Made by a program: the position numbers and the translations under genes | The notes under the pieces: generated by a model | The model's database searches: none | What the model was told of the DNA's origin: nothing | What the model saw: only the letters and a program-made list of their open reading frames with translations | Origin: Chloroflexota bacterium | Lineage (GTDB): Bacteria; Chloroflexota; Dormibacteria; Aeolococcales; Aeolococcaceae | DNA: 64,000 bases | Assembly (NCBI GenBank): GCA_005880985.1 | Contig: VBIQ01000006.1 | Span: forward strand, 5,088-69,087 | Direction of reading: 5' to 3' | Part shown: positions 8,935 through 18,885 of the stretch, in pieces | Position numbering within the stretch: the first letter of the stretch is position 1 | Layout: every line of letters starts with the position of its first letter

Positions 8935-9828
8935 ATGGAGTTCGAGGTGGCTGAAGCCGAGCGGGTCAAGCCGCGCGCGATGTACGTCGAGGAGGCCATC
9001 CAGCTGGCGCTCGACAGCCGCTGGAGCGAGGCGGCGGCGATCAATCGCACCATCCTCGACCACTACGGCCCCGACGAGGACGCGTACAACCGCCTCGGCA
9101 AGGCGCTCTACGAACTCGGCCAGCTTCAGGAGGCGCTCGACGCCTACTCGGAGACGCTCAAGCTCAATCCGCTCAACCTCATCGCCCAGAAGAACACCCG
9201 CAAGCTCACCGCCCAGCTCGAGGCGCCGAGCCGCGTCGAGGGTCAGGCGAGCGCGATCGACGTCGATCTCTTCACCGAGGAGCCGGGAAAGAGCGGGCTC
9301 AGCGTGCTCGCGCCGCCCAGCGGTGGCGTCACCATCACCGTCGCTCCCGGCGACGCCGTCGAGCTGGAACCGCGGGGCACCGCGCTCGCAGCGCGCACCG
9401 TGCGCGGGGTCGAACTCGGCGAGGTCGAGGCCAAGCTGAAGCGCCGCCTGCTTCCCCTGATGGCCGCCGGCAACCGCTACGCCGCCGCGGTGGCCCGGGT
9501 CGAGGACCAGCGCATTGAGATCATGATCCGGGAGACCTACCAGTCCCCCGAGAACGCCCGGAAGTCCTCCTTCCCGATCGCCCGCGGCTCCCGCCGCGAA
9601 GAGTTCCGCCCCTACGCGAAGGAATCGCTCCTCGGCGAGCGCGGCAGCGATCTCGACCTCGAGCTCGCCGGCGAGGAGGACTCCTTCAATGTCCCCGGCG
9701 GCGGCGACGAGCCCGAGGAGGAGCTCGACGGCATGCAGACCGTCGGCGAAGACCTCGACGAGGCGGGCGGCTTCGAGGTGGAGGAGGAGCCCGAGGACGA
9801 GGACGAACGCCCCGAGGACAACTACTAG
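8935..9828 (+). CDS. TPR-repeat protein with a highly acidic C-terminal tail
   Basis: N-terminal TPR-like helices (EEAIQLALDSRWSEAAAINRTILDHYGPDEDAYNRLGKALYELGQLQEALDAYSETLKLNP). The last roughly 70 aa are D/E-rich. Divergent from parA. Confidence 0.6.
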   Translation: MEFEVAEAERVKPRAMYVEEAIQLALDSRWSEAAAINRTILDHYGPDEDAYNRLGKALYELGQLQEALDAYSETLKLNPLNLIAQKNTRKLTAQLEAPSRVEGQASAIDVDLFTEEPGKSGLSVLAPPSGGVTITVAPGDAVELEPRGTALAARTVRGVELGEVEAKLKRRLLPLMAAGNRYAAAVARVEDQRIEIMIRETYQSPENARKSSFPIARGSRREEFRPYAKESLLGERGSDLDLELAGEEDSFNVPGGGDEPEEELDGMQTVGEDLDEAGGFEVEEEPEDEDERPEDNY

Positions 9829-9978
9829 AGGGCGCCCTTGTCGGCCTCGGGGGCGGGTGCACGGCGCCTTGGCCGATTCGCCTCGGGTCTCCCAGAGGCG
9901 AGAGCTGCTTGGCCGCTGGTCGGAGGCAATTTAAATACATTCTTGACTGCATGTATCATTGAGTGGTACAACCCGGCG

Positions 9979-10611
9979 ATGGTCACCGCAGCCCCCCGCC
10001 GAACCCAGGCGGAGCGCAGCGCCTCGACCCAGGCCCGCCTCCTGGACGCCACCGTGGAGTGCGTCGCGGAGCTGGGCTACCAGCGCACCACCACCACCGA
10101 GGTTGCCCGTCGGGCCGGCTTGACCCGTGGTGCTCAGCTCCACCACTTCGGCAGCAAGGCGGAACTGGTGACCAGCGCGCTCGCCCATCTCCATCAGCGG
10201 TACGACGCGGAGTTCCGGGCGGCCATGGCTGAGGTCAAGGCTGCCGGTGGCAATCCGCTGGAGGCCGCGGTCGACGTCATGTGGGGGCTGTACTCCACCC
10301 CCAGGCGGACGGCTTGGATGGAGCTCAGCGTTGCTGCCCGAACCGATCCCGAGCTGCGCAGCCGTATGGCCGAACTCCAGCGACAGTTCATGGCGAGCGC
10401 GCGCGAGACCTTCGCGGAGCTGTTCCCCGAAGCGGCGGCGGATCCGGAGTTCTCAATCGCTCCGTTGTTCACCTTCACGGTCCTCGACGGCCTCGCGCTG
10501 TGCCAGGCCGTGTCCCATGACGAGACCGAGGTACGCGCCGTTCTCGAGGCACTCAAGGCTGTCTCACGTCTCTTTGCGCCAGTCGACGCTGCCACCGGAG
10601 GAAGGAAGTGA
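9979..10611 (+). CDS. TetR family transcriptional regulator
   Basis: N-terminal HTH (RTTTTEVARRAGLTRGAQLHHFGSKAELV). ATG sits downstream of an AT-rich palindrome. The stop overlaps the next gene's start. Confidence 0.85.
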   Translation: MVTAAPRRTQAERSASTQARLLDATVECVAELGYQRTTTTEVARRAGLTRGAQLHHFGSKAELVTSALAHLHQRYDAEFRAAMAEVKAAGGNPLEAAVDVMWGLYSTPRRTAWMELSVAARTDPELRSRMAELQRQFMASARETFAELFPEAAADPEFSIAPLFTFTVLDGLALCQAVSHDETEVRAVLEALKAVSRLFAPVDAATGGRK

Positions 10612-11573
10612 GCACGATGGTGACCCCTCTCGCAGAGGAGCAGTCCGGCACCTGGGACAACTTGCTGGAGCGGTTGAACCGCCAATCGGTGCTCAAGCAC
10701 TTCGACGCCTACGTGGATGTGCCCTGGGATGAGCCCGGGTTCAGCATCGATCCGGCCGACTCGCGATGGCAGTTAGAGCCAGACCATCCCCTGGGTGCCA
10801 CCGACTGGTATCGGTCTCAACCCGCTGAAGTGCGGTCGCGAATCGGATTGCACATGATTGCCACTCAGATGAAGCTGGGTCTGCAGTTCGAGAGCGTTCT
10901 CAAGCGCGGACTGCTCGAATGGGCAGCGGATCTGCCCAATGGATCGGCGGCGTTCCGCTACGCGTACCACGAGGTGATCGAGGAAGCGCAGCATTCGCTG
11001 ATGTTCCAGGAGTTCGTCAATCGTGCCGGGTTCGACACTCCCGGCCTCTCGCGATTCTTGCGCTTCCAGGCACGTCAGGTCATCCGCCTGGGACGCAAGT
11101 TCCCCGAATTGTTCTTCGTGTTCGTGCTCGGCGGTGAGGATCCCATCGACCACGTCCAGCGAGTCGCGCTCCGGAACGGCGACTCACATCCATTACTGCT
11201 CCGCATCATGCGTATCCACGTCACCGAGGAGGCACGGCACCTGTCCTTCGCACGCCAGTACCTCAGGGATCGAGTGCCTCAGCTGAGCTGGCTGCGCCGG
11301 CAGCGGCTGGCGATCAACGCACCATTGATCCTTGGCGTGATGGCGCAGACGATGATGCAGCCGTCGCCGCAGATGGTGAAGGAGTACGGAATCCCGCGCT
11401 CAGTGATCCGTGCCGCCTACAAGGACAACCCGCGATATCGCCAGCAGGTGCTCGATTCGCTGCGTAAGGTCCGAGAGTTGCTGATCGAGCTGCGGCTGAT
11501 GACACCGATGACCCGGCCGATCTGGCGCCGGCTGCGAATCTGGGAGGCTGGCGCCACGGAGACCGCTGCCTAG
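10608..11573 (+). CDS. Diiron oxygenase of the AurF-like (p-aminobenzoate N-oxygenase-like) family
   Basis: Two ExxH motifs (EEAQHSLMFQE and TEEARHLSF) spaced as in AurF-type diiron carboxylate proteins. Translationally coupled to the TetR gene. Confidence 0.65.
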   Translation: MSTMVTPLAEEQSGTWDNLLERLNRQSVLKHFDAYVDVPWDEPGFSIDPADSRWQLEPDHPLGATDWYRSQPAEVRSRIGLHMIATQMKLGLQFESVLKRGLLEWAADLPNGSAAFRYAYHEVIEEAQHSLMFQEFVNRAGFDTPGLSRFLRFQARQVIRLGRKFPELFFVFVLGGEDPIDHVQRVALRNGDSHPLLLRIMRIHVTEEARHLSFARQYLRDRVPQLSWLRRQRLAINAPLILGVMAQTMMQPSPQMVKEYGIPRSVIRAAYKDNPRYRQQVLDSLRKVRELLIELRLMTPMTRPIWRRLRIWEAGATETAA

Positions 11574-11944
11574 ACGCCCACGATCTCGGCGCGTTCACCC
11601 CAGGCCATCGCCGCCATGGCGAGGGTTGTATGGTCGCGGCTTCAGCGGCCGCGGGTGAGCGATCTATTTGGCGCGGTTTGGACGCGCTCCTCCGGCCGAA
11701 TGGCGCACAGACTGCCCGCCCCCCGAGGAGCCTGTAGATCCGGAGCGGCCCGTCGCGGAGGGCGACCGGTGGGGGAAGCACCGTCGCGGAGAGAACCCTC
11801 TGAGACGCGCCGTGCAGGCGCGCTCGAAGAGCCGAGTCGACGCCGATAGGCGCCGGCCGGCGAGGGTGAACGCAGCGATGGTGCCTCCCCCACCCCGAGC
11901 CAACAGGGAACTAGCCGAAAGCGGAGCGACGCTACACTCCGAGC

Positions 11945-13252
11945 ATGCAGGACGCCTCCACCGTTGCCGGCGCCGGAGCGCCGCGGGGGCGGGCCGGCGG
12001 ATTCACCGACTGGCTGCCGGGGGCGGCGGAACGGCGGCGCGCGGTGGGTGACGCCTTTCTCGACACCTTCGGCGCGTGGGGGTACGGGCTGGTCTCGACT
12101 CCCCTGATCGAGCCGGTCGACACCGTCGCCGCCGGGGTGGGAGGGGCGAGCCAGACCCGTCTCTTCCGCTTCATGGATGCCGACGGGAGCCTGCTGGCAC
12201 TGGTCGGCGAGCGCACCGTCAGCGTCGCCCGGGTGGTCGCCACCCAGCTGCGGGACGGTCCCTTCCCGCTGCGCCTCTGCTACCTGGGACCGGTGCTGCG
12301 CAATGCGGCGCTGCTGGGAGGCCGCCGCCGCGAGCTGCTGCAGGCGGGGTGCGAGCTGATCGGGACCCCCGAGCTGGCCGCCGACGCCGAGTGCGTGGCC
12401 CTGGCGGCGGAGGCGCTGGGCCGGGCCGGGCTCGACGGGGTGCAGATCGACGTCGGCCACGCCGACTTCCTTCCCGGGTTGCTGGAGTCGGCCGAGGTGG
12501 ACGACGCCACCCGGGAGCGCGTCCTCGCAGCCCTCTCCGGACGTGACCTGGTCGCGGTCGAGGCGGCGCTCGCGGCCACCCCCGTCGGCAACGCGGAGCG
12601 TTCGCTGCTGCTGCGCTTTCCCGCCCTGCGCGGTGGTCGCGAGATCCTCGAGGCGGCCGCGCAGGACCTGCGCGCCCCGCGGGCGCTTCGCGCCCTCGAG
12701 CAGCTCGGCGACCTCTGGGACCTGCTCGGCGCCCACGGCTTCGCCGGCGCCGTCCACCTCGACCTCGGGGCGGTGCGCGACTGGGAGTACTACACCGGTC
12801 CCACCTTCGAGCTCTTCAGCGGCGACCTGGGCTTCCCGCTGGGGACGGGAGGCCGCTACGACACTCTGCTCGGTCGTTTCGGGCTGGCCACGCCCGCGAC
12901 GGGCTTCGTCCTCCATCTCGACCGCTGCTGCGACGCCCTCGCCCGCCGCGGTCTCGCCAGCGGCGGCTTCTCGGTGCTGGTCGTGGGTCACGTCGCCGGG
13001 GAGGCGGCCGCGGCCATCGCCCTGGCGACCCGACTGCGTCGCGCCGGGCTGCCGGCGCGCCGCGAGCTGCGGGCGTGCGCCGAGGACGCCGATGTCGACG
13101 TGCTGGTGCGCGGCGCGGGCCGGGTGGTCTGGAAGGGGGCGGGTGGCCGTCGCGAGGTCAGCATCGACGACCTGTTGAGCCAGCTGACCGTGGGCGGCTA
13201 CGGCAACGGGGTGTTCGGCACCCGCGACGCCGCCGACGTGGGAGCCCAGTGA
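11945..13252 (+). CDS. hisZ: ATP phosphoribosyltransferase regulatory subunit HisZ (HisRS-like)
   Basis: Class II aaRS-like core without an anticodon-binding domain. Sits immediately upstream of, and overlaps, a short-form hisG. Confidence 0.8.
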   Translation: MQDASTVAGAGAPRGRAGGFTDWLPGAAERRRAVGDAFLDTFGAWGYGLVSTPLIEPVDTVAAGVGGASQTRLFRFMDADGSLLALVGERTVSVARVVATQLRDGPFPLRLCYLGPVLRNAALLGGRRRELLQAGCELIGTPELAADAECVALAAEALGRAGLDGVQIDVGHADFLPGLLESAEVDDATRERVLAALSGRDLVAVEAALAATPVGNAERSLLLRFPALRGGREILEAAAQDLRAPRALRALEQLGDLWDLLGAHGFAGAVHLDLGAVRDWEYYTGPTFELFSGDLGFPLGTGGRYDTLLGRFGLATPATGFVLHLDRCCDALARRGLASGGFSVLVVGHVAGEAAAAIALATRLRRAGLPARRELRACAEDADVDVLVRGAGRVVWKGAGGRREVSIDDLLSQLTVGGYGNGVFGTRDAADVGAQ

Positions 13253-13896
13253 GCCGCGGTCTGTGCATCGCCGTTCCCAACGGCGTCCTGCTCGAAGGGA
13301 CCTGCGCGTTGCTGCGCCGCGCGGGGATCGCCGGCCTGACTCCCCAGAGCTTCGACGCGGCGCTGCTGGTCGAGGACGGTGCCAACCGGCTCGTCAAGGT
13401 GCGACCCACCGATGTGCCGGTCTACGTCGAGATGGGCGCGGCGGACTGCGGCATCGTCGGCAAGGACATGCTCTGGGAGAGCCACCGCGACACCTACGAG
13501 CTGGCCGACCTGCGCTTCGGTGAGTGCCGGCTGGTGCTGGCCGCGCCGGAGCGGTCGCCGATGGGAATGGGGGACTGGCCGCCGGCGCTGCGCGTGGCCA
13601 CCAAGTACCCGCGGGCGGCACGCGCCTTCTTCGACCGCATCGGAGTCGCCGCCGAGCTGATCAAGCTGCACGGCTCGGTCGAGCTCGCTCCGGCAACCGG
13701 TCTGGCCGACGCCATCCTCGACATCACCGCCACCGGCGGCACGCTTCGCGCCAACCGGCTGGTGGAGGTGGCCGAGGCCGACCGCTCCACCGCCAGGCTG
13801 ATCGTCAACCAGGCGTCGCTGAAGACGCGGTTCGAGGCGGTCAACGAGGTCGCGACCGCGCTCCGGCGTGCGGTGGAGGAGCGGGCACCGGTATGA
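13249..13896 (+). CDS. hisG: ATP phosphoribosyltransferase, short form
   Basis: 216 aa. GTG start overlaps the hisZ stop. Conserved LRFGECRLVLAAP and ATGGTLRANRL motifs. Confidence 0.9.
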   Translation: MSRGLCIAVPNGVLLEGTCALLRRAGIAGLTPQSFDAALLVEDGANRLVKVRPTDVPVYVEMGAADCGIVGKDMLWESHRDTYELADLRFGECRLVLAAPERSPMGMGDWPPALRVATKYPRAARAFFDRIGVAAELIKLHGSVELAPATGLADAILDITATGGTLRANRLVEVAEADRSTARLIVNQASLKTRFEAVNEVATALRRAVEERAPV

Positions 13897-15263
13897 CCGC
13901 GCTCACCCGGTACGAGGTGGCTCGTTGGCGGGCGATGACGCGCGGAGCGCGCCGCTTTGCCGAACCGCAGCTCGACCGCGAAAGCCAGCGGCGGCTGGGC
14001 GAGCTCTTCGGCCGGGAGCTGAGCGCCGACGAGGCGGTGCGCCGCATCGTCACCGACGTTCGCGAGCGGGGCGACGCTGCGGTGCGCGAGTGGACCCGGC
14101 GCCTCGACGGCGTCGATGTCGCCGAGACGCGCCAGCCGGCTGATGCGCCGCCGGCAGCCTGGCAGGCCCTGGATCCGAGCATCGCCTCCGCCCTGACTGT
14201 CGCGCGCGATCGCATTCGCGCCTTCCATGAGCAGCAGCGCGATCAGCGGTTGCGCGGCACCCCCGACCTGGGACTGCGGGGGATGCCGCTCCGCCGCGCC
14301 GGCTGCTACGTGCCCGGCGGGCGCGCCGCCTATCCCAGCACGGTGCTGATGAACGTCATCCCCGCCCAGGTGGCGGGGGTGGACTCCGTGGTCGTGGCCA
14401 GCCCGCCCGGATCCGACTCCCGGGTGCATCCCGCGGTCCTCGCCGCCGCCCACCTTCTCGGTGTCGGTGAGGTGCACGCGATCGGCGGGGCCCAGGCGGT
14501 GGCGGCGCTCGCCTACGGCACCGAGAGCATCCGGCCGGTCGACAAGATCGTCGGCCCCGGCAACCTCTTCGTCACCCTGGCCAAGCGGGCGGTGCTCGGC
14601 GCCGCGGGGATCGACGGCCTCGCCGGACCCAGCGAGATCGTGGTGGTCGCTTCGGATGGCGCTGAGCCGCACCACGTCGCCGCCGATCTCGTCTCGCAGC
14701 TGGAGCACGACCCGCTCGCCTGGGCGGTGTGCGTCACCGACTCCCCGCCGCTGGCCCGCCGCATCGAGGAGGCGTTCGCGGTCGCGGCTGCTGCCGCGCA
14801 GCGCGCCGGCATCATCGCCGAGGCGGCGGGACGGCACGGCGCGCTGATCGTCAGCCGCGACATGGAGGAGGCGCTCGAGCTGGTCGACGACTTCGCCCCC
14901 GAGCACCTCGAGCTGCAGGGAGCGGCGGCGGAGTCGCTGGCCGACCGGGTGCGCTGCGCCGGTGCCGTCTTCGTCGGCGCCAGCAGCCCGGTGGCCATCG
15001 GCGACTACGTGGCGGGGCCCAATCACACCCTTCCCACCGGCGGCGCGGCCCGGTACGCGGGGCCGCTCTCGGTGATGGACTTCGTGCGCTGGTCGAGTGT
15101 CACCCGGCTCTCGCCCGCGGAGCTCGCGCGCCTGGCTCCGGCAGCCTGCCGCCTCGCCGAGGCGGAGGGGCTGCATGGCCACACCGCCTCGATTCGCGCC
15201 CGCACCGGCGATGCCGGCGCCGCCACCGTCGAGATCGCGGGTGGGGAGGGAGCGGCGTCGTGA
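13893..15263 (+). CDS. hisD: Histidinol dehydrogenase
   Basis: ATG overlaps the hisG stop (ATGA). Motifs DKIVGPGN, GPSE and NHTLPTGGAARY. Confidence 0.9.
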   Translation: MTALTRYEVARWRAMTRGARRFAEPQLDRESQRRLGELFGRELSADEAVRRIVTDVRERGDAAVREWTRRLDGVDVAETRQPADAPPAAWQALDPSIASALTVARDRIRAFHEQQRDQRLRGTPDLGLRGMPLRRAGCYVPGGRAAYPSTVLMNVIPAQVAGVDSVVVASPPGSDSRVHPAVLAAAHLLGVGEVHAIGGAQAVAALAYGTESIRPVDKIVGPGNLFVTLAKRAVLGAAGIDGLAGPSEIVVVASDGAEPHHVAADLVSQLEHDPLAWAVCVTDSPPLARRIEEAFAVAAAAAQRAGIIAEAAGRHGALIVSRDMEEALELVDDFAPEHLELQGAAAESLADRVRCAGAVFVGASSPVAIGDYVAGPNHTLPTGGAARYAGPLSVMDFVRWSSVTRLSPAELARLAPAACRLAEAEGLHGHTASIRARTGDAGAATVEIAGGEGAAS

Positions 15264-15862
15264 GCGGTGACGGCAGCACCACCCGGAGGGTGGCCGAGCT
15301 CGATCGCAACACGCGCGAGACGCGCATCAGCGTCAGCGTCGATATCGACGGTAGCGGCACCGCCGACATCGTCGTGCCGCTGCCCTTCCTCCGCCACATG
15401 CTGGAGTCCTTCACCAAGTACAGCGGGATGGACGTGCGCCTGCACGGCGACGGCGACGTCGACGTCGATGCCCACCACCTGGTCGAGGACTGCGGTCTGG
15501 CGCTGGGTAGCGCCATGTCGCGCGCTCTGGGCGAGCGCGTCGGGATCCGTCGCTTCGGCACCGCCCATGCCCCGCTCGACGAGGCGCTGGTGCGCTGCGT
15601 CCTCGACTACGGCAACCGGCCGTTCACCGTCTACGAGATGGCAGCCCTGCGCGGTCGCATCAACGACTTCGATGTCGACCTGCTCGGCGAATTCGTGCGT
15701 GCCCTGGCGCAGACAGCCGGCATCTCGCTCCACCTCGACTACCTGCGGGGCGAGAATCCCCACCACATCGCCGAGGCGGCCTTCAAGGCGATGGGGCTGG
15801 CCACCCGGGAGGCGCTGACTCACGTCGGTGGGGGGGTGCCCTCCACCAAGGGGGTGCTGTGA
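15260..15862 (+). CDS. hisB: Imidazoleglycerol-phosphate dehydratase
   Basis: GTG overlaps the hisD stop. Motifs RNTRETRISVSVDIDGSG, DAHHLVEDCGLALG and GENPHHIAEAAFKA. Confidence 0.9.
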   Translation: MSGDGSTTRRVAELDRNTRETRISVSVDIDGSGTADIVVPLPFLRHMLESFTKYSGMDVRLHGDGDVDVDAHHLVEDCGLALGSAMSRALGERVGIRRFGTAHAPLDEALVRCVLDYGNRPFTVYEMAALRGRINDFDVDLLGEFVRALAQTAGISLHLDYLRGENPHHIAEAAFKAMGLATREALTHVGGGVPSTKGVL

Positions 15863-16494
15863 GCCCGCGCATCGCAATCTGCGACTACGGTGTCGGCAAC
15901 CTGCGCAGCGTCGAGCGCGCCGTGCTCGCCAGCGGCGGCGATGCCGCCATCACCCGCGACGCCGGGGTCATCGCCACCGCCGACGGAGTCGTGCTCCCGG
16001 GCGTCGGTGCCTTCGCGCCCGCCGTGGACGCCCTCACCACCACCGGGTTGGGTGAGGTGGTGTGCCAGGTGGCCGCCTCCGGACGGCCGCTGCTCGGCGT
16101 CTGCCTGGGACACCAGCTGCTCTTCGAGTGGAGCGAGGAGAACGGCGGCCGTGCCGGCCTGGGACTGCTGGCGGGAACCGTGACCCGCCTCGGCCCGGAG
16201 CGCGGCAAGGTGCCGCATATGGGGTGGAACCGTCTCCGGCTGCTCCGGGACTCGGTGCTCACCGATGGCATCGAGGACGGCACCTACATGTACTTCGTCC
16301 ACTCCTACGCGTCGCCCGCCGCCGGGCCCGACGTGGTCGCCACCTGCGACTTCGCTGGCCCGATCGCCGCCGTCTGCGTCCGCGACAACGTCTGGGGCAC
16401 CCAGTTCCACCCCGAGAAGAGCGGGCCGGGCGGTCTGCGTCTCTACGCGAACTTCGTGCGCGCCTGCGCCGCGACACCCTCGACCCGTCGATGA
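15859..16494 (+). CDS. hisH: Imidazole glycerol phosphate synthase, glutamine amidotransferase subunit
   Basis: GATase-1 catalytic triad region GVCLGHQLLF ... FHPEKS. Overlapping start and stop. Confidence 0.9.
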   Translation: MSPRIAICDYGVGNLRSVERAVLASGGDAAITRDAGVIATADGVVLPGVGAFAPAVDALTTTGLGEVVCQVAASGRPLLGVCLGHQLLFEWSEENGGRAGLGLLAGTVTRLGPERGKVPHMGWNRLRLLRDSVLTDGIEDGTYMYFVHSYASPAAGPDVVATCDFAGPIAAVCVRDNVWGTQFHPEKSGPGGLRLYANFVRACAATPSTRR

Positions 16495-17225
16495 TGGTGA
16501 TCCCAGCCGTCGACGTCCGCGGCGGCCGCTGCGTGCGCCTCTATCAGGGCGACTTCGGTCGCGAGACCGTCTACGCCGAGGATCCGTCGGTACGCGCGAT
16601 CGCATTCGCCCGGGGAGGGGCGGCGCGAGTGCACATCGTCGACCTGGACGCCGCTCGTGGGACTCCCGACGTTCTCTCCCGTGACGCGGTCCGGGCGGCG
16701 GTGCGAGCGGTGTCCTCCACCGGGACCACGGTGCAGGTCGGTGGCGGAGTCCGGAGCGCGGCGGCCGCCGCCGCCTGGCTCGAGGCCGGCGCTGATCACA
16801 TCGTGCTCGGCAGTCTCGCGGTGCGCGAGCCGCTGCTCGCCGAGGCGATCTGCCGCGCACACCCGGGACGGGTGCTGCTCGGTCTCGACGTCCGCGACGG
16901 CGTGGCCCAGGCCCAGGGTTGGACCGAGGGAGCCGGCGCCGCCGCCGATCACCTGGCGCGCTGGCGCCGGTGGCGGGCGGCGGGGGTGATCCGCACCGAC
17001 GTCGGGCGCGACGGCTCGCTTCAGGGTCCCGACCTCGAGGGCCTGCGACGGTGCGTCGACGCCTATGACGGCGAGGTGATCGCCTCCGGGGGGGTCGCCT
17101 CGGTCGACGACATCGCCGACTGCGCCGGCGCCGGAGCCAGCGGGGTCATCGTGGGCAGGGCGCTCTATGAAGGCCGGCTCTCGCTCGAGGAGGCGTTGCG
17201 CCGCTTTCCGGCGGTCTCGTCGTGA
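16491..17225 (+). CDS. hisA: ProFAR isomerase
   Basis: ATG overlaps the hisH stop. Motifs [17 protein letters not shown] and VGGGVRS. Confidence 0.85.
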   Translation: MMVIPAVDVRGGRCVRLYQGDFGRETVYAEDPSVRAIAFARGGAARVHIVDLDAARGTPDVLSRDAVRAAVRAVSSTGTTVQVGGGVRSAAAAAAWLEAGADHIVLGSLAVREPLLAEAICRAHPGRVLLGLDVRDGVAQAQGWTEGAGAAADHLARWRRWRAAGVIRTDVGRDGSLQGPDLEGLRRCVDAYDGEVIASGGVASVDDIADCAGAGASGVIVGRALYEGRLSLEEALRRFPAVSS

Positions 17226-17980
17226 GTCTGGCCCGGCGCATTATTCCCTGCCTCGACGTCGATGCCGGTCGCGTCGTCAAGGGAACCCGCTTCGTGGACC
17301 TCCGCGACGCGGGCGATCCCGCCGAGCTGGCGGCGCGCTACGACGCCGACCTCGCCGACGAGTTGGTCTTCCTGGACATCACCGCCTCGCACGAGAGCCG
17401 CGCCATCCTCCTCGATGCGGTTCGCCGCACCGCCGACTCCGTCTTCATCCCGCTGACGGTGGGCGGCGGGATCCGCTCACTCGACGACATCGAGGCGCTG
17501 CTGCGCGCCGGCGCCGACAAGGTGTCGCTGAACACCGCGGCGCTGGCGGAGCCCGCCCTCATCGACTCCGCGTCGGAGCGCTTCGGCGCCCAGTGTGTCG
17601 TCATCGCCGTCGACGCCCGTCGCGACAACGGCAGGTTCGGGGTGCACACCCACGGAGGACGCCGGCCGGCCGGCCGCGACGCGGTGGAGTGGGCCCGCGA
17701 GGCGGCCGAGCGCGGCGCCGGGGAGATCCTGCTCACCAGCATGGACCGTGACGGCACCGGCGACGGCTACGACCTGGAGCTGACCCGAGCGGTCGCCGAG
17801 GCGGTGCCGGTGCCGGTGATCGCCAGCGGCGGCGCCGGCGAGCCACGCCACCTGCGCGAGGTGCTGACCGACGGCGGCGCCGACGCGGCGCTGGCGGCGT
17901 CCATCTTCCACTTCGACGCGCATCCTGTCTCTGTGACCAAGCGCTATCTCGCCGACTCCGGCGTGCCGGTACGGCTGTGA
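17222..17980 (+). CDS. hisF: Imidazole glycerol phosphate synthase, cyclase subunit
   Basis: Motifs [25 protein letters not shown] and [10 protein letters not shown]. Confidence 0.9.
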   Translation: MSLARRIIPCLDVDAGRVVKGTRFVDLRDAGDPAELAARYDADLADELVFLDITASHESRAILLDAVRRTADSVFIPLTVGGGIRSLDDIEALLRAGADKVSLNTAALAEPALIDSASERFGAQCVVIAVDARRDNGRFGVHTHGGRRPAGRDAVEWAREAAERGAGEILLTSMDRDGTGDGYDLELTRAVAEAVPVPVIASGGAGEPRHLREVLTDGGADAALAASIFHFDAHPVSVTKRYLADSGVPVRL

Positions 17981-18504
17981 CGGTTCACCGCCCTCCGGTG
18001 CGCATCCCCCGGGCGGCGAGACCGCTGGGGGCTCCGCTCTGGCTGCGCACCCAGGGTCGCATCCGCGAGCGCTACGGATTCGACCTCAACGCTCGGGACG
18101 CGGTGGAGCGCGCCGCCGCCCTGCTGTCCGAGTCCCCCGACGACGCCGACCGGCTGCTGCTGCACGCCGCGGCCCTGGCGACGCGCGGCGACGATGCCGC
18201 CGCGGAGCGTGACGTGCGCCGGGCGCTCGACCACAATCCCTCGCTGGCGCGGGCGCACACGACTCTCGCCACCCTGCTGGTGCGCGCGGGTGACGTGGAG
18301 GCGGGACTGGCGGAGGCACGCGCCGCAGCCGGGCTCGACGCCGCCGACCCGACGGTGCAGTACAACCTCGGCCTCGCCGAGCACGCCGCCGGTCACCGGC
18401 ACGAGGCCGCCGCGGCCTTCGCCGCGGCGCGGAATGCCCTGCAGGGCGAGGGGGCGGCGCCGCCGCGATCCCGCTGGTGGCAACGGATGCGTCGCCATGG
18501 CTGA
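17977..18504 (+). CDS. Hypothetical TPR-like protein inserted between hisF and hisI
   Basis: 175 aa. Ala/Arg-rich helical repeats ([40 protein letters not shown]). Start overlaps the hisF stop. No PRA-PH (HisE) motifs. Confidence 0.45.
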   Translation: MTVHRPPVRIPRAARPLGAPLWLRTQGRIRERYGFDLNARDAVERAAALLSESPDDADRLLLHAAALATRGDDAAAERDVRRALDHNPSLARAHTTLATLLVRAGDVEAGLAEARAAAGLDAADPTVQYNLGLAEHAAGHRHEAAAAFAAARNALQGEGAAPPRSRWWQRMRRHG

Positions 18505-18853
18505 TGCGCCGGTTCCCGATTTCGGCGCTGATGGGCTGGTCGCCGCCGTGGTGCAGGACGCCGAGACCGGCGCGGTGCTGACGGTGGCGTGGATGAACCG
18601 CGAGGCGTGGGAGGCGACGCTGCGCACCCGCCGTGCCACCTTCTGGAGCCGCTCGCGTCGAGAGCTGTGGGAGAAGGGCGCCAGCAGCGGCAACACCATG
18701 CTGGTCCGCGACATTCGCCTCGACTGCGACCGGGACGCCGTGCTCCTGCAGGTCGATCCGCGTGGACCCGCGTGCCACACCGGTGCCACCTCGTGCTTCT
18801 TCGAGCAGGTGGAACTGCCCGCGGCACCCGAGGACGCCTCGCCGGCGCCGTAG
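18497..18853 (+). CDS. hisI: Phosphoribosyl-AMP cyclohydrolase (monofunctional)
   Basis: 119 aa with [36 protein letters not shown] and [12 protein letters not shown]...CHTG. No C-terminal HisE domain. Confidence 0.85.
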   Translation: MADAPVPDFGADGLVAAVVQDAETGAVLTVAWMNREAWEATLRTRRATFWSRSRRELWEKGASSGNTMLVRDIRLDCDRDAVLLQVDPRGPACHTGATSCFFEQVELPAAPEDASPAP

Positions 18854-18885
18854 CCGGCGCCGCCCGGGGGAGGCACAGCGCCACG

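Noticed and set aside
9612-9821. Ser-rich 69-aa ORF on the minus strand
   Set aside because: It is the antisense reading of the GAG/GAC-rich acidic tail of the TPR gene, hence a low-complexity artefact.
11574-11944. T-box or His-attenuator in the his operon leader
   Set aside because: No run of His codons. The nearest T-box-like string (GGTGGGGGAAGCACCGTCGCGG) has an insertion relative to the AGGGTGGNACCGCG consensus and no specifier/antiterminator geometry was evident. Left as an unexplained leader.
17977-18504. The ORF between hisF and hisI as a cryptic HisE (PRA-PH)
   Set aside because: No MazG-like EExxE pyrophosphohydrolase motifs. The sequence is Ala/Arg-rich TPR-like helices. Called hypothetical instead.
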